Shown: piece after piece, positions 8,307 to 15,741 of the stretch
How positions within the stretch are numbered: position 1 is the first letter of the stretch
Layout: each line of letters starts with the position of its first letter
Source: Microcystis aeruginosa NIES-2549
GTDB taxonomy: Bacteria; Cyanobacteriota; Cyanobacteriia; Cyanobacteriales; Microcystaceae
Reading direction: 5' to 3'
NCBI RefSeq assembly: GCF_000981785.2
Contig: NZ_CP011304.1
Location: forward strand, 300,001 to 332,000
Length of the DNA stretch: 32,000 bases
The notes under the pieces: generated by a model
The model's database searches: none
What the model was told of the DNA's origin: nothing
The model's input: the letters and a program-made list of their open reading frames with translations, nothing else
Translations under genes and position numbers: made by a program

Positions 8307-9071
8307 ATGTCTAATATCTATCGTCTTGCCCAGGGCCATTTAAACCTATTGGAAACCTGTCCACCGAGATTTCAAAAAGTCTATCTAGAGCAACTTAACA
8401 CACCGGCTGACCCCGGGCAATTGCAGCGGCAAGAATGGGGCAGTCAGTTTCACCTATTATTACAGCAGCGGGAATTAGGGCTGCCGATCACGTCCCTATT
8501 ACGCGAAAATGAACAGTTAGAACATTGTTTAACGGCCCTATTAAAGGCCGCCCCGGCAATTGCCCAAAATCCGGGAGAAGCTAATCGAGAAGCAGAACAT
8601 TGTCGCAGTTTAACTGTGGGTAATTATTTATTAACGGTTATCTATGATTTAATTTTACTAGAGAGCGATCGAGCGGTAATTTTTGACTGGAAAACCTACT
8701 TAAAACCTATCGATGCCGACAAACTAGCCAAAAATTGGCAGACGAGACTTTATCTGTATGTTTTGGCAGAAACTTCTGCTTATCCTCTTGATAGTTTATC
8801 GATGACCTATTGGTTTGTGCAGTTACCCCGCAGCCCCGAACAAATTACTTTTAACTATAATCGCAAACTACACCAACGGACAGGACGGGATTTACGCCGT
8901 TTATTGAAGGATCTCGATCTCTATCTATCAGCATACCAAAATGATTTAGTCGATTTTCCCCATCGTCCCGATTGTCAGCTTCATTGTCCCTATTATCTTA
9001 GACAAGAGCGATCGGGCCAAATAGACTTACCCTCGATCGAGGATATCCCTGAAATCAATCCTTTTGTCTAA
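8307..9071 (+). CDS. PD-(D/E)XK (RecB/Cas4-like) nuclease family protein
   Basis: N-terminal LLETCPPRFQKVYL (CPRxF-type motif), a D...IFDWKT (D/ExK, DYKT-like) core, and C-terminal cysteines PDCQLHCPYY. The track ORF opens at a TTG at 8286; the first ATG is at 8307. Confidence 0.65.
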   Translation: MSNIYRLAQGHLNLLETCPPRFQKVYLEQLNTPADPGQLQRQEWGSQFHLLLQQRELGLPITSLLRENEQLEHCLTALLKAAPAIAQNPGEANREAEHCRSLTVGNYLLTVIYDLILLESDRAVIFDWKTYLKPIDADKLAKNWQTRLYLYVLAETSAYPLDSLSMTYWFVQLPRSPEQITFNYNRKLHQRTGRDLRRLLKDLDLYLSAYQNDLVDFPHRPDCQLHCPYYLRQERSGQIDLPSIEDIPEINPFV

Positions 9072-9128
9072 TTATTGCCAATTTTGTCAGTATTCTCAAT
9101 TCAGAATTCTGAAGATTATTTTTATTTA

Positions 9129-9180
9129 TTCTCCCTTCTCCCCCTCTCCCCCTCCCTTCTCCCCAATTCATAATTCATAC
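9129..9180. repeat. Polypyrimidine 7-nt periodic tract (YYCTCCC) followed by (AATTCAT)x2
   Basis: Read directly from the sequence: ttctccc cctctcc ccctccc ttctccc, then aattcat aattcat. Confidence 0.8.
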
Positions 9181-9573
9181 TTTGTGCTTTTTGTCAAAAC
9201 AACTTTTTCTTTGTAATAAAACTAAACAAAAAAAAGATCATCGTTGTGGGTGAAATTGACTAATTTACCCGTCTTAATTAGGATTACCTTGTAGGTGTGG
9301 CAAGGGTTTCAACCCTTGCCACCCAAAAAAGCACAGAATAACCCACTATGAAATTCTATCAAATCGCTGTAACCATTGTAAAATCGTTGTTAAATAAAAA
9401 TCTTTCTCAATTAATTCTTAAGAATTTATAAATATTGCGGAATGTTAATTTAAATATTCTCAAGTTTTTTGGGTCAATATATAACTTTTGCTTATCTTTG
9501 GCAAACATTGGGTTAGAAGTCAGAAGTCGGGAGTCAGAAGTCAGTATTCAGGAAACAGGAGATTATTTTTATG
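9175..9573 (+). repeat. Copy 1 of a ~400-bp dispersed non-coding element, ending in AGGAG-N9-ATG
   Basis: Aligns end to end with 13689-14112. By eye roughly nine of ten positions are identical, and copy 2 carries a ~40-nt insertion. Contents: a 12-bp-stem hairpin gtggcaagggtt/aacccttgccac (intact in this copy only), a perfect 14-bp palindrome AATTCTTAAGAATT (9413-9426), an AGAAGTC-type heptamer array (9515-9560), and caggagattatttttATG. Confidence 0.9.
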
Positions 9574-9580
9574 TATTCTT

Positions 9581-9620
9581 CCCACACCCCACACCCCACA
9601 CCCCACACCCCACACCCCAC
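9581..9620. repeat. Heptanucleotide STRR array (CCCACAC) x ~5.7
   Basis: Direct reading: cccacac x5 plus cccac. It lies immediately after the ATG at 9571. Confidence 0.95.
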
Positions 9621-9702
9621 TTTCCCACTCTCGACAATTCCCCTTCTCTGCCGCGTTAACCATGGTCGATAATAACAAAAGACAGATCGATCGCTTGCGC
9701 TC

Positions 9703-10392
9703 ATGACCGGCAACCACTACCAAACCTTAGAAATTAGCCATAAATCGACCCCTGAGGAGATTAAACGGGCTTATCGGCGTTTAGCCAGACAATTCCATCC
9801 CGATAGTCAAAACGATAGTGCCAGTCACGATAAAATCGTCGCTATTAACGCCGCCTACGAGATTTTAAGCGATCCGAGACTAAGAAAGGACTACGATAAC
9901 CAACTAATCGCCAATTCTCCCGAAAAACGCGCCCAACGCACCGCCACCGCCCAAGCAAATTATCATCGTTACAAAGAAACGGTCCAGGAAGACGAGGCCC
10001 TAGTCAAACAGTGGTATAACCAGACCTATAGCCCGATTAATCGCCTGATCGGTCAAATTATCCGGCCCCTCAAAGGTCAGATCGATCACCTATCCGCGGA
10101 TCCCTTCGATGATCGGTTAATGGCTGTTTTTCAAGACTATCTAGAAACCTGTCGCCAAAATCTCGATCGAGCCAAAACCCTCTTTTCCCAACGGCCTAAT
10201 CCTGCCAAAATGGCTAAAGTGGCCGCTTCTCTCTACTACTGTCTCAATCATCTCACTGACGGACTAGAAGAATTAGAAACCTTTACCCTTAACTACGATG
10301 ATCGCTCTCTCCACACTGGTCAAGAAATGTTTCGTATGGCCCAGCGTTTACAGGTAGAAGCTAAACAGATAGCCAGTCAGTGCCAAAATTAA
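9703..10392 (+). CDS. J-domain (DnaJ-like) protein with an uncharacterised C-terminal domain
   Basis: The N-terminal YQTLEISHKSTPEEIKRAYRRLARQFHPDSQ...AYEILSDPRLRKDYD is a canonical J domain with the HPD tripeptide. It has no Gly/Phe region or zinc finger. Confidence 0.8.
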   Translation: MTGNHYQTLEISHKSTPEEIKRAYRRLARQFHPDSQNDSASHDKIVAINAAYEILSDPRLRKDYDNQLIANSPEKRAQRTATAQANYHRYKETVQEDEALVKQWYNQTYSPINRLIGQIIRPLKGQIDHLSADPFDDRLMAVFQDYLETCRQNLDRAKTLFSQRPNPAKMAKVAASLYYCLNHLTDGLEELETFTLNYDDRSLHTGQEMFRMAQRLQVEAKQIASQCQN

Positions 10393-10466
10393 ATCTCTAG
10401 CCATGGGCAAAAAAAAAGACGAAAATAGATCAGGACTAGATTTACCCAATCCCTAGCTTAACCCCG

Positions 10467-11078
10467 ATGAGAGACAAACAATCAGAAATTACCAATATAT
10501 CCACCCCTAGAGATTCTGATCTTTATTCCTTGCCTCCCGCCGTCCAACGGGCTGCTAATATCCTTTTACGTCAGGGAAGAATCGGTTTTTGGACGCAGAT
10601 TGTCCTAGGCGTAATTTCAGGGGTTTTATTACTCATTGCTACCGCTAGTTTATTAGGGACGAGACAACGCACTTCCGGTATTGAAATCGGTGTTTTATGT
10701 GCCATTGGTGGGGCTGGTTTCTTGGTGGTTGCCATTTTCTTTTCCTCTCGTTACATGAAAATCGCCCGTCAAATGTTGAGGGGTGATCAAGATAGTCGCC
10801 CGAAAAAATCCGATACTATTCAATTAATCCGTCAGGGTTTAATCGCTAATATTATCGGGATGTTTTTAACGATTTTGGGAGCGCAAGCCTTGGCGGGAAT
10901 CGTCTTAATTAAATCCCTCAATGTTCCCCAAGGTACTTTTAATGTTGCCTCTAACCCCAGTCAATTTGTTAATTCTGTTGACCTGTTAATTGTGCAGGCT
11001 AATACTAATACAATTCTCGCTCACTTTACTGGTATTGTTACCTCTTTGTGGCTTCTTAATCGTATTACTTCTAAATAA
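10467..11078 (+). CDS. Conserved cyanobacterial/plastid-type membrane protein (DUF3611-like, about 4 TM)
   Basis: 203-aa ORF with four hydrophobic segments. The family assignment is from memory of the sequence pattern and has not been verified. Confidence 0.5.
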   Translation: MRDKQSEITNISTPRDSDLYSLPPAVQRAANILLRQGRIGFWTQIVLGVISGVLLLIATASLLGTRQRTSGIEIGVLCAIGGAGFLVVAIFFSSRYMKIARQMLRGDQDSRPKKSDTIQLIRQGLIANIIGMFLTILGAQALAGIVLIKSLNVPQGTFNVASNPSQFVNSVDLLIVQANTNTILAHFTGIVTSLWLLNRITSK

Positions 11079-11080
11079 AT

Positions 11081-11422
11081 ATGACCATGCAACGCACCCG
11101 TTTAAGTACGCTGGCTAATGTCACCAGCAGTCGATTTAATAGCTTTTTTGGTAATCCTTGGCGGCGGATTTCCCTCCAGATAATTTGTGTTTTATTTGGA
11201 GTTTTTTCTGGTCAAGCAATTGTCACTACTGCTGGTCAAACTGCTCAATGGGATGTCACCGCTGCCGGTTTATTGCTGCTGTTTACGGAGGCGACTAGCC
11301 GGATTGTTTATCGAAAAAGTTCCCAGGCTAAACCAGCACCGATTCTGCGAGAATCTCTCAATTTACTAAAAATTGGTATCACCTATAGTTTATTTCTAGA
11401 AGCCTTTAAAATTGGCTCTTAA
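11081..11422 (+). CDS. Ycf20-like (DUF565) small membrane protein
   Basis: 113 aa, starting 2 nt after the upstream stop. Two TM segments flank GQTAQWDVTAAGLLLLFTE, which resembles the Ycf20 GQTGDWD core. Confidence 0.5.
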   Translation: MTMQRTRLSTLANVTSSRFNSFFGNPWRRISLQIICVLFGVFSGQAIVTTAGQTAQWDVTAAGLLLLFTEATSRIVYRKSSQAKPAPILRESLNLLKIGITYSLFLEAFKIGS

Positions 11423-11513
11423 ATCCCCAATTGAAAAATGAAACGCACAACTCCTTAAGAGTTGACAGAGAAAGTCTCATCAGGTTTTGTCCGATTAATA
11501 CAACAACAACTAA

Positions 11514-11897
11514 CATAGAACCAAGAAACTTGCTCTACCAACTTGGCCAAGAGGGAAATTTATTGACTATAAACTACAGAATAAAGGCGGTTTATTGATG
11601 GAGATTGATAGATTTTTCCCTAGCTCTAAAACCTGTTCTTATTGTCTCTATCAAATGTTTGATATGCCGTTAGAAGTTAGAAAATGGACTTGTCCAAGCT
11701 ATGGTACACATCACGATAGAGACGAAAATGCAGCTAAAAAAATAAGAGCAGAAGGCATCAGACAATTATTGGTCTCAGGAACTCGGACCACTGCTCAAAG
11801 AGGAGAAGTAAGTCAAAAAGGTGGATGTAAATCTGTCTTGAGGCATTCCCCTGTAAATTCCGAAGTCTTGACAACTGCGCCTAGGGAGTCGAGGTAG
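11514..11897 (+). pseudogene. tnpB: 3' relic of an IS200/IS605-family tnpB (RNA-guided nuclease) gene
   Basis: The in-frame translation from 11514 reads ..PTWPRGKFIDYKLQNKGGLLMEIDRFFPSSKTCSYCLYQMFDMPLEVRKWTCPSYGTHHDRDENAAKKIRAEG... This is the C-terminal RuvC-III/zinc-ribbon region of TnpB. The N-terminal ~270 aa are missing, and the second CxxC is degraded to CPSYG. Confidence 0.75.
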
Positions 11898-11903
11898 TTC
11901 ACT

Positions 11904-13451
11904 ATGTTTCAAAATAGCTCTAGTAAAGTCAATATTCTCCCCATGGACGAACATAATCAAAAATTAGTTAATTATGTTCATCCCGCCGATTGGGTCAATC
12001 CACAACCCCAGGATTGTTATGATTTAGTCGTCATCGGTGCGGGTACTGCGGGTTTAGTCGTAGCGGCGGGGGCGGCGGGTTTAGATATAGGTTTAAAAGT
12101 GGCTTTAGTGGAAAAACACTTAATGGGGGGAGATTGCCTCAATTTCGGTTGTATTCCTTCTAAATGTCTGATTCGTTCCTCTAGAATTATCGGGGAAATT
12201 GAGAAAGCCAAAAAATTAGGAATTGATATTGGGGATACTAGGGTAGATTTTGCCAGAGTCATGACCAGAATGCGGCAAATTCGCGCCGATATTAGCCATA
12301 ATGATTCGGTGCAACGTTTCCAAAAACTAGGTATCGATGTCTTCTTGGGTAGCGCTCGTTTTTTAGGACAAAATGCCGTGGCAGTGGCGGGAAAAACCCT
12401 CGCTTATAAAAAAGCCGTCATTGCCACTGGTACTAGGGCCCTTCATCCCGATATCCCCGGACTAAAAGAAGCGGGATTTTATACCAATGAAACAATTTTT
12501 TCCCTCACAGAATTACCTCCTCGATTAGCTATTATCGGTGGCGGGCCGATTGGTTGTGAATTAGCTCAAGCTTTTCAACGGTTAGGCACGCAAGTGACTT
12601 TATTTCATAATCATTCCCATCTGTTGAATAAAGAAGACCCAGAAGCAGCCGCAATTATTGAGCATACTTTCCTGCGGGAAGGAATGCAGTTGATTCTCTG
12701 CTGCCAAATTGAACGGGTGAGAAAAAATGAGCGGGGTAAAACCATTGAATATACTAGCAACGGTCAAGGAGCAACTATCACCGTTGATGAGATTTTAGTC
12801 GCTGCCGGCCGGGGGCCTAATCTGTCAGGATTAAATTTAGAAGCAGTGGCCGTGGAATACGATACTCGTCGGGGAGTCAAAGTTAATGATTATCTGCAAA
12901 CTACTAACCCGAAAATTTATGCGGCCGGTGATATCTGTATGGATTGGAAATTTACCCATGCTGCCGATGCAGCCGCCCGTATTGTGATTAAAAATACCCT
13001 CTTTTCTCCCTTCGGTTTCGGACGCTATAAGCTCAGTAATTTAGTTATGCCTTGGGTCACTTATACTGACCCAGAAATCGCCCATGTGGGCATGGATGAA
13101 ACCCAGGCACAAGCCCGGGGATTGGCCACTAATACTATTAAAATTCCTTTTAGTATAGTCGATCGAGCTATCGCTGATGGCGAAACGGACGGTTTTTTAA
13201 AAATTATTCACAAACAAGGTTCCGACCAAATTTTAGGAGCCACTATCGTCGCCACCCACGCCGGTGAGATGATTTCTGAAATTACCACCGCTATGGTTGC
13301 TAAAATCGGACTGAGTAAACTCTCTATTGTTATTCATCCCTACCCCACCCAAGCGGAAGCGATTAAAAAGGCCGCCGATGCCTATCGTCGAACTCTCTTG
13401 ACTCCTAATAGTAAAAAATTCTTGGAATTGTTGACTAAATTATCCCGTTAA
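11904..13451 (+). CDS. FAD-dependent pyridine nucleotide-disulfide oxidoreductase (dihydrolipoyl dehydrogenase / mercuric-reductase-like family)
   Basis: Contains GAGTAG (FAD), the redox-active GGDCLNFGCIPSK motif, GGGPIGCELAQ (NAD(P)H), and a C-terminal dimerisation HPYPTQAEA. It lacks the C-terminal Cys-Cys pair of true MerA, so mercuric reductase activity is doubtful. Confidence 0.8.
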   Translation: MFQNSSSKVNILPMDEHNQKLVNYVHPADWVNPQPQDCYDLVVIGAGTAGLVVAAGAAGLDIGLKVALVEKHLMGGDCLNFGCIPSKCLIRSSRIIGEIEKAKKLGIDIGDTRVDFARVMTRMRQIRADISHNDSVQRFQKLGIDVFLGSARFLGQNAVAVAGKTLAYKKAVIATGTRALHPDIPGLKEAGFYTNETIFSLTELPPRLAIIGGGPIGCELAQAFQRLGTQVTLFHNHSHLLNKEDPEAAAIIEHTFLREGMQLILCCQIERVRKNERGKTIEYTSNGQGATITVDEILVAAGRGPNLSGLNLEAVAVEYDTRRGVKVNDYLQTTNPKIYAAGDICMDWKFTHAADAAARIVIKNTLFSPFGFGRYKLSNLVMPWVTYTDPEIAHVGMDETQAQARGLATNTIKIPFSIVDRAIADGETDGFLKIIHKQGSDQILGATIVATHAGEMISEITTAMVAKIGLSKLSIVIHPYPTQAEAIKKAADAYRRTLLTPNSKKFLELLTKLSR

Positions 13452-13453
13452 AA

Positions 13454-13503
13454 TCAGTTATAAGTTATCAGTTATCAGTTATCAGATGTGAGTTATCAGT
13501 TTA
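13454..13503. repeat. Heptanucleotide STRR array (TCAGTTA = TTATCAG family), ~7 units
   Basis: Direct reading. It starts 3 nt after the stop of the oxidoreductase gene. Confidence 0.9.
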
Positions 13504-13544
13504 CAAGGGACGAATCTAAAACCTTTGACTCTTGCCTTCAGAAG

Positions 13545-13626
13545 CTGATTACTGTTTACTATCCACTGAAAAAACTTCCATCAACAGTGTCTCACTGATT
13601 ACTGTTTACTGTTTACTGATTACTGG
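13545..13626. repeat. Two blocks of heptanucleotide repeats (TGATTAC/TGTTTAC)
   Basis: ctgattactgtttact occurs at 13545 and again at 13595, followed by gtttactgattactgg. Confidence 0.85.
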
Positions 13627-13688
13627 AAAAGCTTCCCAACTCCCACTCGGCAATAACTACTGGCAGCCAGAAATACGTTGGCTACATA

Positions 13689-14112
13689 TCATACTTTATG
13701 CTTTTTGTCAAAAAAACTTTTTCTTTGCAATAAAACTACACAAAAAAAAGATCATCGTTGTGGGTGAAATTGACTGATTTACCCGTTTTAATTAGGATCA
13801 TCTTGTAGGTGTGGCAAGGGTTTCAACCATTGCTGCTCAAAAAAGCACAGAATAACCCACTATGAAATTCTATCAAATCGCTGTAACTATTACAACATCG
13901 TTGTTAAATAAAAATCTTTCTCAATTAATTCTTAAGAATTTGTAAATATTGCGAAATGTTAATTTAAATATTCTCAAGTTTTTGGAGTCAATATATAATT
14001 TTTGCTTATCTTTTTTGAAAAATACAACTCCTGCAAAAATCCAACATCTACCATTGGGTTAGAATTCAGAAGTCAGGAGACAGAATTCAGGAGTCAGGAG
14101 ATTATTTTTATG
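13689..14112 (+). repeat. Copy 2 of the ~400-bp dispersed element, ending in AGGAG-N9-ATG
   Basis: Collinear with 9175-9573. The palindrome AATTCTTAAGAATT is conserved (13927-13940), the hairpin is degraded (gtggcaagggtttcaaccattgctgc), and there is a ~40-nt insertion before the heptamer array (14061-14102). The ATG at 14110 opens only a 13-codon ORF. Confidence 0.9.
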
Positions 14113-14248
14113 GTTCTTCGTTACTTGGTATGGTTTGATCGGGTGGCATAAATCGACTAAATCCTTATCTGGCAAGAGACTTAATTGATTAGTTCGTTCT
14201 AGATAGAAAACAATTGACAAAAATTGCATAGCACCAACCGAAGAACCA

Positions 14249-14292
14249 TTCATAATTCATAATTCATAATTCATAATTCATAATTCATAATT
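14249..14292. repeat. Heptanucleotide STRR array (TTCATAA) x6
   Basis: Direct reading. It is the same heptamer family as the AATTCAT x2 units at 9165-9179 and ends 12 nt before the ATG at 14304. Confidence 0.95.
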
Positions 14293-14303
14293 CCCCACTT
14301 CTT

Positions 14304-15638
14304 ATGAGAGATTCCATGTCGGGCTATCTAAGAGTACAACAACACTGCCTCAATCAAGTTAAATTAGCCGTGAAAAAGCAGGGCTTTAGCAGTCAACGTT
14401 CCTTAGCTAAAGAAGCTGAATTTAGTCTGGCTATTGTCAGTAACTTCCTGACTGGTAAACCAGTAGAACAAGCCACTTTTGCACAAATTTGTCGTCGATT
14501 ATGCCTCGACTGGCAAGAAATAGCCGCCCTGAATTTTCAGCTAACAGCACCCCCTCAAGACAAAATTCCGGGTAATTCTGCATCCAAGAGCGAAAAATTG
14601 GACACATTACCCCCCTATCCCAATGGGGCAGTTCCCCTTGGTTCCCCATTTTATTTAGAACGTCTTCCCCTCGAAGAACAGATAAGGCAGGAAATCAAGA
14701 AACCGGGGGCTTTAGTGCGGATAAAAGCCCCGAAAGAAATGGGCAAAACTTCCCTACTTTTGAGAATGCTCGATTTTGCCAAACAGCAAGGCTACCGCAC
14801 GGTGAGTTTGAACTTAGAACAGGTGGACCAGGCGATTTTGGCTGATTTAAACCAATTTTTGCGCTGGTTGTGTGCCAATGCCGCCCGTCAACTACAGTTA
14901 AAACCACAATTAGATGAGTATTGGGATGAGGATTTAGGCAGCAAGATTAGCTGTACGGTTTACATTCAAGACTATCTCCTGGAATCGATTACCGCCCCCA
15001 TTGTCCTCGCTCTCGATGAACTTAATCAGATGTTTGAACATCCCCAAGTGGCCAAGGATTTTTTACCGCTGCTGCGTTCTTGGTACGAGGAAGCCAAAAC
15101 CCTACCTATCTGGCAAAAACTCCGTCTTATCGTTGTCCATTCCACGGAAATTTATGTTCCCCTGCAGCTCAATCAATCCCCCTTTAACGTCGGATTTCCC
15201 GCACAGCTAAGTCATTTTAGTCTTGAGGAAGTATTGCAATTAGCCCAACGTTATCAACTCACCTGGGAAAATCAGGAAAAAGTCAAACAATTGATGGAGT
15301 TAGTGGGAGGACACCCAGCTTTGGTACAAACTGCCCTCTACTATCTCAGTCGGGAGGAAATAACCATGACGCAAATATTAACCAGTGCCACCTCCGTCAC
15401 GGGGATTTATGCCCATCACCTGCGGCGCCATTGGGCGGTATTAGAACAACAGCCTGAACTAGCAAAAGCCCTCGATCGGGTGATGAGCGCCGTGGAACCC
15501 ATACAATTAGACCCAATTCTCGCTTACAAACTCAGCAGTATGGGGCTACTCAAACAATCGGGAGATAAAGTAGTACCCGGCTATGAATTGTATCGACGCT
15601 ATTTTTTAGAGGTGAAATCCTCTATCAGTTATCAGTAA
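14304..15638 (+). CDS. HTH-domain plus AAA-like (AAA_35 / PF14516-type) P-loop NTPase
   Basis: 444 aa. The N-terminal ~75 aa are XRE-like HTH (SQRSLAKEAEFSLAIVSNFLTGKPVEQATFAQICRRLCLDWQEIA). From ~aa 103: GAVPLGSPFYLERL...IKAPKEMGKTSLLLRM (Walker A) ...PIVLALDELN (Walker B) ...SPFNVGFPAQLSHFSLEE...ELYRRYF. This is collinear with the C-terminal 370 aa of the 2050-aa protein downstream. Confidence 0.75.
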   Translation: MRDSMSGYLRVQQHCLNQVKLAVKKQGFSSQRSLAKEAEFSLAIVSNFLTGKPVEQATFAQICRRLCLDWQEIAALNFQLTAPPQDKIPGNSASKSEKLDTLPPYPNGAVPLGSPFYLERLPLEEQIRQEIKKPGALVRIKAPKEMGKTSLLLRMLDFAKQQGYRTVSLNLEQVDQAILADLNQFLRWLCANAARQLQLKPQLDEYWDEDLGSKISCTVYIQDYLLESITAPIVLALDELNQMFEHPQVAKDFLPLLRSWYEEAKTLPIWQKLRLIVVHSTEIYVPLQLNQSPFNVGFPAQLSHFSLEEVLQLAQRYQLTWENQEKVKQLMELVGGHPALVQTALYYLSREEITMTQILTSATSVTGIYAHHLRRHWAVLEQQPELAKALDRVMSAVEPIQLDPILAYKLSSMGLLKQSGDKVVPGYELYRRYFLEVKSSISYQ

Positions 15639-15656
15639 ACAGTTATCAGTTATCAG
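15622..15656. repeat. Heptanucleotide STRR array (TTATCAG family) overlapping the stop codon of the AAA_35 gene
   Basis: ctatcag ttatcag taaacag ttatcag ttatcag. The TAA stop (15636-15638) lies in the third unit. Confidence 0.9.
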
Positions 15657-15741
15657 TGAGGGTGTGGGAAGTGGCGAGAACAAAGCTGCCTTCTGCATGA
15701 GTGCCTTTTGAACCTAGTAAATCAATTTTGTATGATTACTT

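Noticed and set aside
9288-9335. Hairpin gtggcaagggtt/aacccttgccac inside 400-bp element copy 1, as a terminator or conserved RNA stem
   Set aside because: It is followed by an A-run rather than a U-run on the + strand, and the T-run precedes it on the minus strand. The right arm is mutated in copy 2 without compensatory changes.
9435-9723. Three overlapping 60-74-aa ORFs (9435-9659 +, 9488-9706 +, 9541-9723 -) across the heptamer arrays
   Set aside because: Their sequences are generated by the AGAAGTC and CCCACAC tandem repeats (for example HPTPHTPHPTPH). All three frames and strands are open at once, which is a repeat artefact rather than evidence of coding.
13532-14253. ORFs 13532-13777 (+) and 14059-14253 (-) in the repeat-rich intergenic region
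   Set aside because: They are built from heptamer arrays and from the 400-bp dispersed element. The homologous stretch in copy 1 does not keep the frames open, so they are not conserved as coding.
9515-15656. Whether the tandem arrays could be CRISPR
   Set aside because: The units are 7 nt and directly abutting, with no spacers and no 25-40-nt repeats. There are no cas genes in the window. They are STRR-type microsatellites.
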